Assembly: GCF_001194135.2 (NCBI RefSeq)
Contig: NC_068990.1
Span: forward strand, 80,585,593 to 80,622,995
DNA length: 37,403 nt
Direction of reading: 5' to 3'
Source of the DNA: Octopus bimaculoides
Taxonomy: Eukaryota
Shown: piece by piece, positions 1-13,253 of the stretch
How the letters are laid out: each line of letters opens with the position of its first letter
How positions within the stretch are numbered: position 1 is the stretch's first letter
The notes under the pieces: generated by a model
Databases searched by the model: none
The model's input: only the letters and a program-made list of their open reading frames with translations
Told to the model about the DNA's origin: nothing
Made by a program: the position numbers and the translations under genes

Positions 1-37
1 TATATATATATATATACACACATGCCTTTTATTATTG

Positions 38-40
<3 letters not shown>

Positions 41-78
<38 letters not shown>
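41..78. repeat. (TTA)n microsatellite
   Basis: Direct reading. Confidence 0.95.
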
Positions 79-81
<3 letters not shown>

Positions 82-2487
82 TCATTATTGTTAATATCAT
101 TAAATTTTTAGGCATTTATATTTCATTCTTTCTCTGAATTTTTCTTGGGATAGGCACCTCGAGAAGTTATTTGAAAAGTATTTAATTACGAATATGGTAG
201 AAATTAGTTAGAGGCTGCAGATAAAACAAGTCGATCATAATAAGATCGAAAAATACTAATTTTAAAATTTGCAATTTTTCAAAAACCGAAAACAAAGCAG
301 CCATGTTAGTTAAACAAAAATCGCAATGAACGCAGACAAATATTACATTTCTACAGAATTAATTAATCCAGTGTAGAACATGTACATTCATATTGTCAAC
401 TACGTTTGCGCATTGTCTTCGTTTATGAGTCTTGCATACGGAACTATAACTAAAAATATGATTTGATCCTACAGCAAGCATTGCATTATAATGATTAACG
501 AAGGTGTAGTAAAGACAGCAGGACTTAATCGGTATTCGAGACCTACATTGACAGGTAGTTGTGAACAAAAAAATGAATTGAAGCAGCTATGTAAACAATG
601 AGTTTAAAATGAGAAGTCAGAAACATACATATTAGTAATAGTACGCTTACCTCATTATCTTTTAAATAATGCTTATAACTGAAGCTAGAGTTGAAGCGAG
701 AGTTGAAGTTTGGGGTTATTTTCTAATTTGTTTCCTCGTAATACAATAACAATAAGCGAAAACTTTGAACCAGTGATCATTATCTTTTAATCGCATTTGC
801 ATATCTATGTTAGAGATTCACATACTTGTCATTTCATCCTAATCGCATTTGTTTCCAAGTTACCTTCTAAACGAATTTTTTTTCTTTTCTCTTAAATTTC
901 GAATTATTGTCATTTCATTTCATATCAATTGAAACTATAAAGCGAAACACAGAAACAAAATATGTTATAGGCCGGTTATTGATTCGTGCTTGTAATTTCG
1001 ATTACTTGATCAATAAGAGAGACAATTAGAAATATTTGTTGTATATAAAACATCTGTTCTAATTTATTAATTTAATTTTACCATTTCTAGGTTTCTGGTT
1101 CTCTCCAGAAAAATGTTTCACGTTTAAACATTCATAGTTTTAAACGATACAGCTTATCGTGTGACGATGATATGCTGTATTGGTGATCAATGATGAGCGT
1201 TTCATGTCACCCGAAAGAAGTGAGAAATGTCTAAACCAACTCCAATTAAAGAGACTCACAGCTCTCTCTCTGCTCTGTGTCTGTTACCAACTCTGCCTGT
1301 CTGTCTCTCTCTCTCTTCCCTTCTCTCTCCCCCTCTGTCACTCCCCCCTCTGTCTCTATCTATTTATCTTTCACTTCATCTTTCTCTTTATCTCTCATTA
1401 CATACATACATACATCATCTTAAAGCGTACTGGCAATATAGTATCAATGTTTCCATGAGATGAAGGCTTGTTGGGGAGGAACAAACTGAAGATCGAAATA
1501 GAAATAACTGAATATAGAAATAACTGAATATTGATGTGCATACAACAAACGACCAAAATCCATAAGGAATAACGTGTTGGCGCCAAATTATTCACTAAAT
1601 ACTTGACTATTGGCGCCGTAACTTCCCATACTGTGCGGTACCTAATAAGCGAACATATTTTTTAATAGCTACCAATACTGTCACATGACACATTCACTGA
1701 AATAATGCAGCTCTTACGTTTGCTATGACTATCGTTCACGTACTAACATGACCCTCTGACATGACCCAGTTTTAATCAATCAAAACTTAAATCAAGCAAA
1801 AGCACTTTGAGTTAAATATCACAAAAATGTGAAAAGCGTTCAGTTAATATATATTTTTTTTTTTCTAAAGATTGAAAATGCATCGTTGAATTCTTTATAT
1901 TTTATATACAATTATACAGACACCGTGTGTATTCGTTCGTATCACTGAATAGTTAAAAGTAAATTTTGCAAGAGAAACAGCAATAAAATCATTTAACAAG
2001 AGAGATATATCCGGAAAGCTTCCATAGATGTTGTGAAAGACAACACGCAAGCAAGCAATATAATCTCGAAAAATCATAATCTACATAACAAATTAAGGTG
2101 CATATCTGTAATATCCAACTAATTACAACAGAAATTCATGTGAACAATAATAATACGAGAAGTTAATAGGTTTTTAAAATCCTTAGTAAGTGATAAGTGT
2201 CAACATAGCAGAAATGCACAATGTTGGAAATATTGACGTTAAACACGAACAGTTTAGAGCTTTAGAAACAGCATGGGGAAAATTTACTTCATGCTAGGAG
2301 ACCAAAATTATCGCAATCATTCGCATATTCCAAATACAAATCGAAAAGTTGTCAATTACTGAGCAGTATCATCATTCAGCGCTGGGTAGTTTTATATTTT
2401 TAAGATCGAATTTGCACTAAAGTAAATCACATTTATTCAATGGAGCTGTAGTGTATGTGCTTTCTCACTATCTTTTCTATAAATAAA

Positions 2488-2489
<2 letters not shown>

Positions 2490-2547
<58 letters not shown>

Positions 2548-3130
2548 NNNNNNNNNNNNNNNNNNNNNNNNNNNNNNNNNNNNNNNNNNNNNNNNNNNNN
2601 NNNNNNNNNNNNNNNNNNNNNNNNNNNNNNNNNNNNNNNNNNNNNNNNNNNNNNNNNNNNNNNNNNNNNNNNNNNNNNNNNNNNNNNNNNNNNNNNNNNN
2701 NNNNNNNNNNNNNNNNNNNNNNNNNNNNNNNNNNNNNNNNNNNNNNNNNNNNNNNNNNNNNNNNNNNNNNNNNNNNNNNNNNNNNNNNNNNNNNNNNNNN
2801 NNNNNNNNNNNNNNNNNNNNNNNNNNNNNNNNNNNNNNNNNNNNNNNNNNNNNNNNNNNNNNNNNNNNNNNNNNNNNNNNNNNNNNNNNNNNNNNNNNNN
2901 NNNNNNNNNNNNNNNNNNNNNNNNNNNNNNNNNNNNNNNNNNNNNNNNNNNNNNNNNNNNNNNNNNNNNNNNNNNNNNNNNNNNNNNNNNNNNNNNNNNN
3001 NNNNNNNNNNNNNNNNNNNNNNNNNNNNNNNNNNNNNNNNNNNNNNNNNNNNNNNNNNNNNNNNNNNNNNNNNNNNNNNNNNNATATATATATATATATA
3101 AATATATATACTATATATATGTATATATGC
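2490..3130. repeat. (CA)n - gap (2548-3083) - (TA)n
   Basis: Direct reading. Confidence 0.95.
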
Positions 3131-3788
3131 ATATCTGTGTGAATGTATTTTGCCGATTTATGTCAATGAACGAGATGAACTTTAATAATGAGGCAATGCG
3201 AATGAATGCCTGTCTCATGGTACAATTGCTTAGCATCGATTTATAGACACTTCTTCGTCACGCTGGTCGTCAAAATACAGTGAAGCAACGTTTAGCCCAT
3301 AGCCTATTACCCATCTACAAGGCTATATTTTATCAATTGTAATATAGAATATAGCGAAGCACACTTACCAGCTTCCTTACATAAGGTCCAAAAATATTGC
3401 CCAAAAATTCATTAATTGTTTGCCTCTGTATGATTATGTGTGTGTTTGTTGTGCGTATGTATGTGTGTGTGCGCGCGTGTGTGTTTCATAGTTTCGAAGC
3501 CAATGTGATATTATTTTTAACCAATAAACACAGTAAGCTGATAATTTTTATTTTATTAATTTAGATTCCCGTTGCTTTAATTGTCTATTTCAGTTTCGTA
3601 TGAACGACGTGCAGTTTTCTAAATGTTGTTTGATATATTTAAATAACTAGTTTCATTTCAATTAATTCTTTTTGCCTGGAATAATAACAGCATTGAATCG
3701 TTAACTATTTTTTTCATTATGTGGAATATATTATACTAATTTTGTCATATAATTCTTCATGTACTTATATATATCTTCTCATATAATT

Positions 3789-4212
3789 TCTTATAGGTTT
3801 ACACACTTTCTCTCTCACACACACATATACATATGCATTTACCTTACCTCTGTGTGAGAGGAGTTTGACTTGATTTGCAAGTGCATTAGCATATTAGATG
3901 TATGTATATTATATTTTCATATTTATATATGTACGTATACATGTAGATGTGTGCATTTCTGTGTTTATGTACGTATATATTAGATTTGTATGTAANNNNN
4001 NNNNNTCTTATAGGTTTACACACTTTCTCTCTCACACACACATATACATATGCATTTACCTTACCTCTGTGTGAGAGGAGTTTGACTTGATTTGCAAGTG
4101 CATTAGCATATTAGATGTATGTATATTATATTTTCATATTTATATATGTACGTATACATGTAGATGTGTGCATTTCTGTGTTTATGTACGTATATATTAG
4201 ATTTGTATGTAA
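3789..4212. other. Exact 207-bp duplication across a 10-N gap (assembly overlap artefact)
   Basis: 3789-3995 equals 4006-4212, separated only by N at 3996-4005. Confidence 0.85.
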
Positions 4213-4690
4213 GAATATACGCTTAAATTTTAACATTGGCTCGTTTAGATACAATGGTCCAGCACAGACACATTCTATACAATTCGTGCCGGAACTTGTG
4301 GGTAGAACGATGTAAGGATCATGTCTTTTATACAAGAATGTAAATCACTTGTGATTATATGAATCCTTATGTTGCAATCTTACTAAAAACGCATACAGTC
4401 TGTATCCAATGAGTTATAAAGTCACAACTGTTAAGAGTAAGATCAGAGAAACCGACTCACATGCTCTAACGGAACTTCAGTATCCAAAGCTGTCCATCTG
4501 AACTGTCTTTCGTATTAAAAGAAATGTTGATCTTTGTTCATAGATACAGACTTGGTTTGAACTCTAGTGAATTAGTTTATAGTGTATAGTTGCAGTATGG
4601 TGGGGAAACAGTTGTAAAATATCTGACGTATTTGTTCAACTTCGTTTGGTAGTAGGAAGAGCTAATAAGGCCGCGAGCTGGCCACACGTA

Positions 4691-4730
<40 letters not shown>

Positions 4731-4984
4731 CCCGACGGGTACGACGTCTGAGGATCTGACAAACAATGTATCCCGTCAACAATTTGCAAAAAAGCCCAAG
4801 ACTATAATAAGAAAGGAATATTATAGAATAAGAATTATACTGAAGACTGAACTTAACCCTAAAATTCAAAGCTATTAAACTTGTGGCAATTTCAGTCGTC
4901 CAATTCAGTTTTAATATCATTAACTGCAGTCCTACAGAACTCCAACGCATTAACAGGAAGGCAAGAAAATAATTGACGCGACCT

Positions 4985-5671
4985 TCAGGCAGTGTGGACT
5001 CTCTGTACCTAACTTACGCTGGAGATGTTTTGCAGTGTCAGCTGTTCACTACCAGTGAACTAAGGTAACACCTCTTATTATTCGAGCACCTTCCGGTGTA
5101 TTCGAGCGGTTCCTAGCAGTGCTGTTTTCTGCAGGTGCTCCACCCTTATTGCAACCCCTATTTGTTCCACGTACTTCTCAAGATTTTTGCTCACTGTTCC
5201 CAGGGCTCCAACAATTATTGGTACTACTGCTACCTTTTTCATCAACCACAACTGCTTAACTTCCCAAGCTAAACTGTCATATCTCTCAACTTTTTTTCTT
5301 CCTTATCGTATACCTTGTTGTTAGCTGGGCATGCTACATCTATAACCCAGCATAGTTTGTTTTCTTTCTCAATTAAAACTATGTCCGGCTTCCTATTCAC
5401 TATCTCATGGTCGCACTGAATCATAAAATCCCATATGATCTTTGCATTTCTATTTTCGACGATGCCTTCAGGTTTGTGGTCGTACCAATTATTCGCTCTG
5501 TCAAGTCCATACTTGTTGCAAAGTGTCCAATGGACAAGCCTTGGTATATTGTCGTGGCGTCTCTTATATTCCTTCTGGGCTAGTGGCGTACATTGGCTGG
5601 TAATATGCCATACAGTTTCACCGTTTTGTCCACAGATTCTGCACTTACCACTTTCTGGTGTGTTGTCTATT

Positions 5672-5673
<2 letters not shown>
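4985..5673 (-). mobile_element. 5'-truncated R4/Dong-type non-LTR retrotransposon (CCHC zinc knuckle + restriction-like endonuclease + 3' UTR)
   Basis: The minus strand reads RIDNTPESGKCRICGQNGETVWHITSQC (CCHC) ... RKPDIVLIEKENKLCWVIDVACP (PD..D of RLE). After a 1-nt frameshift in the A-run near 5295 it continues EKKVERYDSLAWEVKQLWLMKKVAVVPIIVGALGTVSKNLEKYVEQIGVAIRVEHLQKTALLGTARIHRKVLE*, with the stop at 5078-5080. The 5' end abuts (CTA)n(TTA)n; the 3' boundary is approximate. Confidence 0.92.
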
Positions 5674-5740
<67 letters not shown>

Positions 5741-5767
5741 TTATTATTATTATTATTATTATTATTA
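5672..5767. repeat. Compound (CTA)n(TTA)n microsatellite
   Basis: Direct reading; the switch is at ~5740. Confidence 0.95.
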
Positions 5768-6533
5768 CTTTGAAAGCGACATTTGTATTTGCACGTGAGT
5801 ACACATACGCATATAAATACGCACATGCGAACATACTCTCCGTTATTTAAAATCTCAGTCAGTTGCATGAATCTGTATTTACTAGCCAACAGGTTCACTA
5901 GAATGCTGTGTATTATCACCTCGTTAAGTTTCTCAGATTGTTTGAGTACTTATAGAAATTCTATTCACAACATTGTCAGTGACACACGTAGATGGAGATT
6001 AATGGAGCTCGTAATACTTGGAATAATCTAATTATACAATACATTTACTGCATTAATTAGCATTCTGTGCTAGACAAAGCTAAATCATCTGCCTCGCACC
6101 TGCACAGACTCGTATTTATGTATTTTTCTATCCATGCCTTTCATTTATTTTTTTTCTTTCTTTCGCTTCATATCTCTTTCAACACATGTGTTATTTACAC
6201 ACGCATGTATATAAATAAGCAAGCAAGAACCAGCATGGTTCATATACCACCAAATACAAAAAAAAAACACATTCATCACACACGCGTATGTGTATATTCA
6301 CGTGGATAGAAAAAAAATGTATATTTTCTTCCATATAATTGACTGCATATAGGTACATACAAATACATAGGTAAAAAGGAAGGCATGTATGTATATATAC
6401 GTATGTATATGAATGTATACGTATGCGTATGTATAAATAAGTGTGTATGTGTGCATATATATGTTTGTGTGTGTGTGTGTATATATACTGAGAGACAGAG
6501 TGATTGAGTAAGATAGATAAACATACGGAAGTT

Positions 6534-6594
<61 letters not shown>
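6534..6594. repeat. (GATA)n microsatellite
   Basis: Direct reading. Confidence 0.95.
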
Positions 6595-6595
<1 letters not shown>

Positions 6596-7380
6596 GTTAT
6601 TATTTCCTCTAAGTACATGTCAGTATGTGCCAAGTAGCTACCCATCCACCTATCCGTCTGCTTAGTCGTAAAGCTTTCTATCATATAAGAATGAGTATCA
6701 GATGTGGCGTACATATTTTCAATACATCTATAGCATAAACAAACGTGTAAGTGGTATGGCCTCTGGTGTTGTATCCAGATTTTAATTCAGGCTTATATTA
6801 ATTAACACCACTTGCAGCTACTTAATTAATGTACCATGCATTAATCAAAATCCTTCGGGGCGTTTAAACACAGAACAATGATTAAACTAACTAGTTTAAC
6901 TATTAATCATCACCACTGACTTTAAGGCTTTGGGGATGGCTCAACTAATAATGTCGGCCAACGCATCTAGATATTTTACACCGATTAACGTGTGAAACGT
7001 GGATACTGACAATTTTCATTGCCAAGCCCCTCGGAAGTTGCTATTCTTGGATGGTCCATACGGATTTCAGCGTAAGTATTATGCAAAAAGTGTCCAATGA
7101 GGTAATTCAAACCCGATTTCATTCAGTCGGCCATGCGTACAGTAAGAAAAGCCACCCGCTTGCAGTGCGCTGTCTGTGACAGCCGGTATTTCTGCTAGTC
7201 ATGTAATTATCTGGGTTCCGACCGTGAGAGTGTGAAACGTTGATGAGATTCTAAAACTGTAGTTAAGAGTCTGATGGAAGCTAATGGTTTTCCTATTAGT
7301 GATGATATGAGGACACTGTTCTGAGGGTGAGATATGTAGCATGTCTTAATCGTTGTTGCAAATGTATTTATGAGGTATAT

Positions 7381-7394
7381 GATGATGAAAATGT

Positions 7395-7458
<64 letters not shown>

Positions 7459-7498
7459 GGTGGTGGTGGTGGTGGTGGTGGTAGTAGTGATAATGACG
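7381..7498. repeat. Compound (GAT)n(GGT)n microsatellite
   Basis: Direct reading. Confidence 0.95.
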
Positions 7499-9727
7499 AT
7501 AGCGATTACAATGACCGCCACAACAGCGGAAACCATATTGACAATGATGGGGATATATTTTTCAAATGAAAATAGCATATCAATGAAAAAAAGTATACAA
7601 AGAATTATATAGCCGAAATAAATATATACAAAAGGAAAAGAAGAATATATTCAGAGAATAATGCTGATACCTACAGGAGCGTGAAAAGCTGAAAATCGCA
7701 CATCGCATGGTTGACATGAAGTATTTTCAGGTGAATCTGCTATATACGTAAAATGACAAAAATATGTTTCAAATGGCAGCACACTGTCAATGAACGAGAG
7801 AAAGATCAGTTCAACTTTATAGTATTAGTTTTGATATGTGGTATGGATAACACATTGCCTAATATGGTTCTAGGAACGTTATATTTGAAAATTGGAAGGG
7901 ATAATGACGACTGAGATGGCTATATTCATAAGTGTTTTGGATCAAGATTGAATCAGGACTAAACTGCATAGAAATATTAACAGCAATTATTTATTTGAAA
8001 CATATGTGTTGAAACAAGTAAAAGGCAATACATTTTGTCTGAGCATATAAGTTGATTAGGTGATTACAAATAGTTTTTCTAACGCGTGTTTGGTTGTATC
8101 GAAATAGAAGGAAACGAGACGTCATGTATATATTTGAAAATGAAAACATAAAACTGTAAAACAAGATTCGAATGGTGTTCAATAACTTGACGTATCATAA
8201 AGTATGAGATAATAAAGAAATATACTGAAAGAAAAAGATAACAAGACGAGCAATATCTGATCTAATATACAGTTACTGCTGATGTGAAAACTACTCCCAA
8301 GAACGATAGCTATTGAGATATACGACTTTATGGAAATGGAGCATCTAATTTCTCAGAAATAGAATTGATGAAAGACATCACAGAGAAAAGTTGATCGATT
8401 TATATTGCTAGTATATTACTTCAACAAGTGAAAAACATTTTCTTGGTGTGTTAGTGTAGACAACATCACAAGCCTTTAGGATATACCGGTTTCATTTGAT
8501 TGTAATATATTTCTTAAAATACAGCCTTTTCTTTTCATGAGTTTTTGTTGGTTTCCGCGGCTGATAGAAGGCGGGTTTTGGGACCATCCTTGGAGATGCG
8601 GCTGTTCGTGTCTTTAAAACTGTAGTGTAGCTCCAATATTTCAGAAAACCATTTTTGCTACTATTGTCTCTTCTGCGTGATCTCTTTCAGCTTTTCTAGG
8701 AGAAATCCCTTAAATGGCCCTTCTGTGACTCATGTAGATATTAAGTTTACCTTTTTGCCCAGCAAAACTCACGGTTTTCCCTCAGCACATCCAACGAGGC
8801 ATCTCTCTCTTTCTCTCTCTCCCTCTTTCTCTCTCTCCCTCTTTCTCTCACTCCCCCTTTTTCTCTCTCTCTTTTTCTCTTTCTACCGCGCCCTCTGTCA
8901 TAGGCCTGATGTTTACGAGAGGCATTAGGACTTGTGTGTCCTTGGAGCCCAATATCATCCTAGCAAGGTGTACACTTTACACATATTCGTACTGCTCTAC
9001 ATACAAGAGGGAGAAGAAAGAATTAACTTTATTTCTAATATGCTTGATTGTACCCCAAGCAGTGTGTGGCGTAAGAACAAGCCTATCCATCTCGTTCTTA
9101 ATTTTAAACTAATTCATTTTAAACTAATGCATAATCATAAGCCCGAGTAACAGAGATGAGACTTTGACAAGCAAAGGAGAAAGCGGCAGGACATTATCAA
9201 ACTTCTTTCGTCGACAATAAATAACTCTCCATTATATGGTATACAAAGATATGTTTCATTTCATCTTTAATATACTTGTATATATTGTAGGAGGAAATGC
9301 ACTGTCCTTCTTACGATACTTTAAGCTCCTTTAATCCTCAGCATAACAATGGCCACATTTTAATATCTGCTGAAGGAAATCGCCATTGGCTATTAATGCT
9401 ATTGTCAGTCTATGAACGAACTCCAAGATATGAACGCTGATAATATATTTACACGATAGAAAAAAATCCTATTAAGACACAGTAAAGTTGTTTATAAATT
9501 GCGCCAAGACATAAAAATGACCGAGGGAATAGTCAAATGGGAGGAAACTACAATTCGAGGAGGCAAAATGATTAAGACTGAAAACAATAAATAAGAGACA
9601 ATTAAGTGGGGGCAAAAAAATACTTGATCAGATCCACTTAAACAAATATAAAAATGAATAAGTTAATATGTTAGCCATGAGTTTACAGGTACATTATGTG
9701 AAAAGTGATTTTCGTTTCCGCGGACTA

Positions 9728-9901
9728 TTCTTTTATTCTTTTACTTGTTTCATTTATTTGACTGCAGCCATGCTGGAGCACCACTTTTAGTGGAACAAAT
9801 CGACCTCAGAACTTATTCTTTGTAAGCCTAGTACTTATTCTATCGGTCATATTTGCCGAACGACTATGTTACGGGAATGTAAATACACCAATATCGGTTG
9901 T
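9728..9901 (-). mobile_element. 3' body of a second SINE family
   Basis: TCTTTTACTTGTTTC...GACTGCAGCCATGCTGGAGCACC...TCGACCTCAGAACTTATTCTTTGTAAGCCTAGTACTTATTCTATCGGT...GCCGAAC matches a high-copy octopod SINE as I remember it. It has an (AAAAG/AATAA)-rich tail on the minus strand. Confidence 0.7.
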
Positions 9902-11374
9902 ATACTAAAGCCAAAATTTATAACAGCTTAAAGGATACAAAGAAGGGATTTACAACGGGGTGACATCTACAACGCTCAAACAGTAAGGGAGGGTTTAATT
10001 TTAACTGAGTATGCTCAATTTCTAGCACTAAATATCAACAACAAATAAAAGGCTAAAATTAAATGCAGAATAAGCGTTCAGTACAATGGAAAAGACTATA
10101 AGACACAGCACATCTGGCGGTCCGATCCTTGCCATGATCTGTATATATCGTCACATACGATCGAGTTAGGTAATATGTCGACTTTTAGACATGAAAGTAG
10201 ATAAGTAGTTTCAGCATTTGATGCACAAAATACAACCTTCGCACAATAATCTGGGAGAAAAATTATAGACAAAGCTTACAAATAAAGCCATCAAGGACTG
10301 CAACGAATATATGTATACGTTGACAAACAGCGCGATCCCATTTTAACTATATATTACCCAGGAAAATGTTTAGAAAACAACTTTCAAAGAAGACTAATCT
10401 TGAGATACAAAAGAATTAGTGGTGTGTGGGGAGAAAATGTGTGAGGTATGAAAGGAGGAAAATACGTCCAACAATAATTAAAGCTGGAATTATAAGCGAA
10501 AGCACTAAAAATACAAATATGTCATGTGTGGTCCAAACAATCACCCTGCAACCCTACAATTACAGACTTCACCCTACACAAGCCACCATTAATTCAGACG
10601 TACAATTACGTAGAGTACACTACTGCACCCGACATGTAGCTTATACAATCAGCACCAAATAAAATAGCAAATAGCATACACTTCAATAATCGATTGCTAA
10701 TGATATAACAATTAACACAGCACGCATTTTATACAATTAGCTTCCAATAATATATCGCAATCTATACATCACATCTCCAATACAGTCACCATCCGACACA
10801 AAAAGATAATATATTTGACACATAAGATACTCTGCACATCTACTGCACACAAGATAAAAGAATGCCGTGAAAGTCGTTATGTAGTCGATCGACCAGTTAG
10901 AAATAATAAAGGAAACCTCACTCGAATTATATTCTATATTCTTGGAAAGGCGTAGGGGACACTAAGAGATATAAATAGAAGTGTGAGACGATTATTTCTG
11001 TAATATTTGATCATAAATATGCACGATGAGGATTGACCTGGAATTAAATAACAACAACACAAATGCTCTGCTCAACCACATCCCGTTAAAAAAATCACAA
11101 CGTAATTTTGTATAATCGACGCTCGATAAAATAACAGCAACACATAAATTTCCCCTCACCAAAATAAAACAAATTAAATTACGAGTATTCTACAATATAA
11201 ACAGGTAGAATATTGAAACTATATCTGAAATGTTAAAATAAACACAACTCAGCAAAGCAACGAAGTTACACTATGGAAACGCAACAGTGCATAGATAACT
11301 CGATGGTTCCCAGGACGATATAGTGGACACATGCGTAAGTTGCTTGTAACCACAGTAATACTACTCGGTTCTAA

Positions 11375-11610
11375 GACATGCAAAACGCTTGAAACTAAGG
11401 TTGTGAAACAATGGATCATTTTGATTCTAATACTTGCCCGGTACTTTCTTTCATCAGCCTTCAAAGTGGATGAGAGCTAAGATGGTATCGGCAAGGTTGG
11501 GACTGGATTTGAACTCATAACCTTGAGTAGTACCGCGAAATGCTTTAAGGCATTGCTTCCGACGCTCTCACAACTCTGAGAATCTGCCATCATTCCTGCC
11601 AGATTATAAT
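11375..11610 (-). mobile_element. Highly diverged SINE copy of the same superfamily
   Basis: The minus strand reads GGCAGATTC...GAGAGCGTCGGAAGCAATGCC...GAGTTCAAATCC...CTCTCATCC...GATGAAAGAAAGTACC; head, B box and core are recognisable. Confidence 0.65.
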
Positions 11611-12182
11611 GACTTGCAGCTGTTCTTGATGATGATGTTCTAGGTGGATGATGATGATTATGATGATGATGAATGCAACTCACAAACTTGTTATTTATTG
11701 TTGAGAGAGAATATTACACTTTCATATTCACACATTTCTTAATAACATTAATGCCGGAGCTGAAGTGAAGCTGAAAGATCCAGGTTTCAAGAGGCGGAGT
11801 CCGAACAGTTGGTGCTTTTCTTTTTTATTTCCAACGCGCTATACTGTATTTCCTCTTTGATAGCAATGCGTAACCGAACGCATTCAATGCGTAACTGAGC
11901 GCATTAACCATTAACCTGATTCTCGGAATTTATTCATAGAATCGTGTTTACATTTATGGTGCAAAAACATAAAGAGGGAAAAATACGGATGCACTGAGTA
12001 TCCTTTTTAAATAACCTCAGTTGACCTTTTGTGTAGTTTAGAAATGTTATAACGCTGTTGATAATAACATCTAATTTTCTCAACCTATTATAACCGTTCA
12101 TTTCTCATTATCGTAGGGCTACATCAGTTCTTCCTGGTTTTAAGGAGAGTTAAAACAGGAACAATCAATTGTTAATGAATAT

Positions 12183-12397
12183 AAGTCGGTGAGATAGCAG
12201 AACCGTTAGCTCGCTGGACGAAATGCTTAGCGGTATTTCGCCCAACGCTACATCCTGTGTTCAAATTCCGCTGAGGTCTATTTTGCCTTCATCCTTTCGG
12301 GGTCAATAAATTAAGTACCAATTACGTACTGGTGTCGATCTAATCGACTGACCCCATCCCCCAAATTTTCAGGTTTTGTGCCTATAGTAGAAATGAT
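12183..12397 (+). mobile_element. tRNA-derived SINE, same head/core, different tail
   Basis: GCAGAACCGTTAGC...GAAATGCTTAGCGGTATTTCG...GTTCAAATTCC...TTTGCCTTCATCCTTTCGGGGTCAATAAATTAAGTACCA...GTCGATCTAATCGACT aligns by eye to 28554-28800, then diverges. Confidence 0.88.
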
Positions 12398-12414
12398 CAA
12401 TCGTTATGAATATA

Positions 12415-12452
<38 letters not shown>

Positions 12453-12772
12453 NNNNNNNNNNNNNNNNNNNNNNNNNNNNNNNNNNNNNNNNNNNNNNNN
12501 NNNNNNNNNNNNNNNNNNNNNNNNNNNNNNNNNNNNNNNNNNNNNNNNNNNNNNNNNNNNNNNNNNNNNNNNNNNNNNNNNNNNNNNNNNNNNNNNNNNN
12601 NNNNNNNNNNNNNNNNNNNNNNNNNNNNNNNNNNNNNNNNNNNNNNNNNNNNNNNNATAAGGCACTAAAAGCGAATGACTCTCCCCAGACACAACAGAAT
12701 AAACTTTAACACACAAACTCAAAAAAAGAATTTTGCAAACCAAATCCCCAAACGAAATATATATATATATGA

Positions 12773-12812
<40 letters not shown>

Positions 12813-12884
12813 ATGTATATGTATATAAATATATGTATGTGTGTGTACGTACATACGTATATACATACATGCATATAGTATTAT

Positions 12885-13096
12885 TCGACCTCACAGAATT
12901 GTTGCTGTTTCGGACAGAATGCTTTGCGTTATTTCTTCCGGCTTTTTCCGTTCTACGTTCACATTCCGTCAAAGTCGACTTCGCCATTTATCATTTCTGC
13001 TTTCAGTAAAATAAGCACCAGTTGAACAATGTGGTCGATGTAACCGACTCCATTCCTTCGCGAAAATTGCTGGCATTGTGCCGAAATGTGAAACCA
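12885..13096 (+). mobile_element. Older SINE copy, same head/core, third tail type, followed by (TTA)n
   Basis: CAGAATTGTT...GGACAGAATGCTT...GTTCACATTCC...AAGTCGACTTCGCC...AAATAAGCACCAGTTG...GGTCGATGTAACCGACT. Confidence 0.78.
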
Positions 13097-13120
13097 TTAT
13101 TATTATTATTATTATCATTA

Positions 13121-13175
<55 letters not shown>

Positions 13176-13180
13176 CATTA

Positions 13181-13251
<71 letters not shown>
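13096..13251. repeat. (TTA)n microsatellite with a repeated interrupting motif
   Basis: Direct reading; ATCATTATTGTT occurs twice, 60 bp apart. Confidence 0.95.

Positions 13252-13253
<2 letters not shown>

Noticed and set aside
3789-4212. 207-bp tandem duplication as a biological repeat
   Set aside because: The copies are 100% identical and separated only by 10 N, typical of an unmerged contig overlap; the same applies to 28194-28412.
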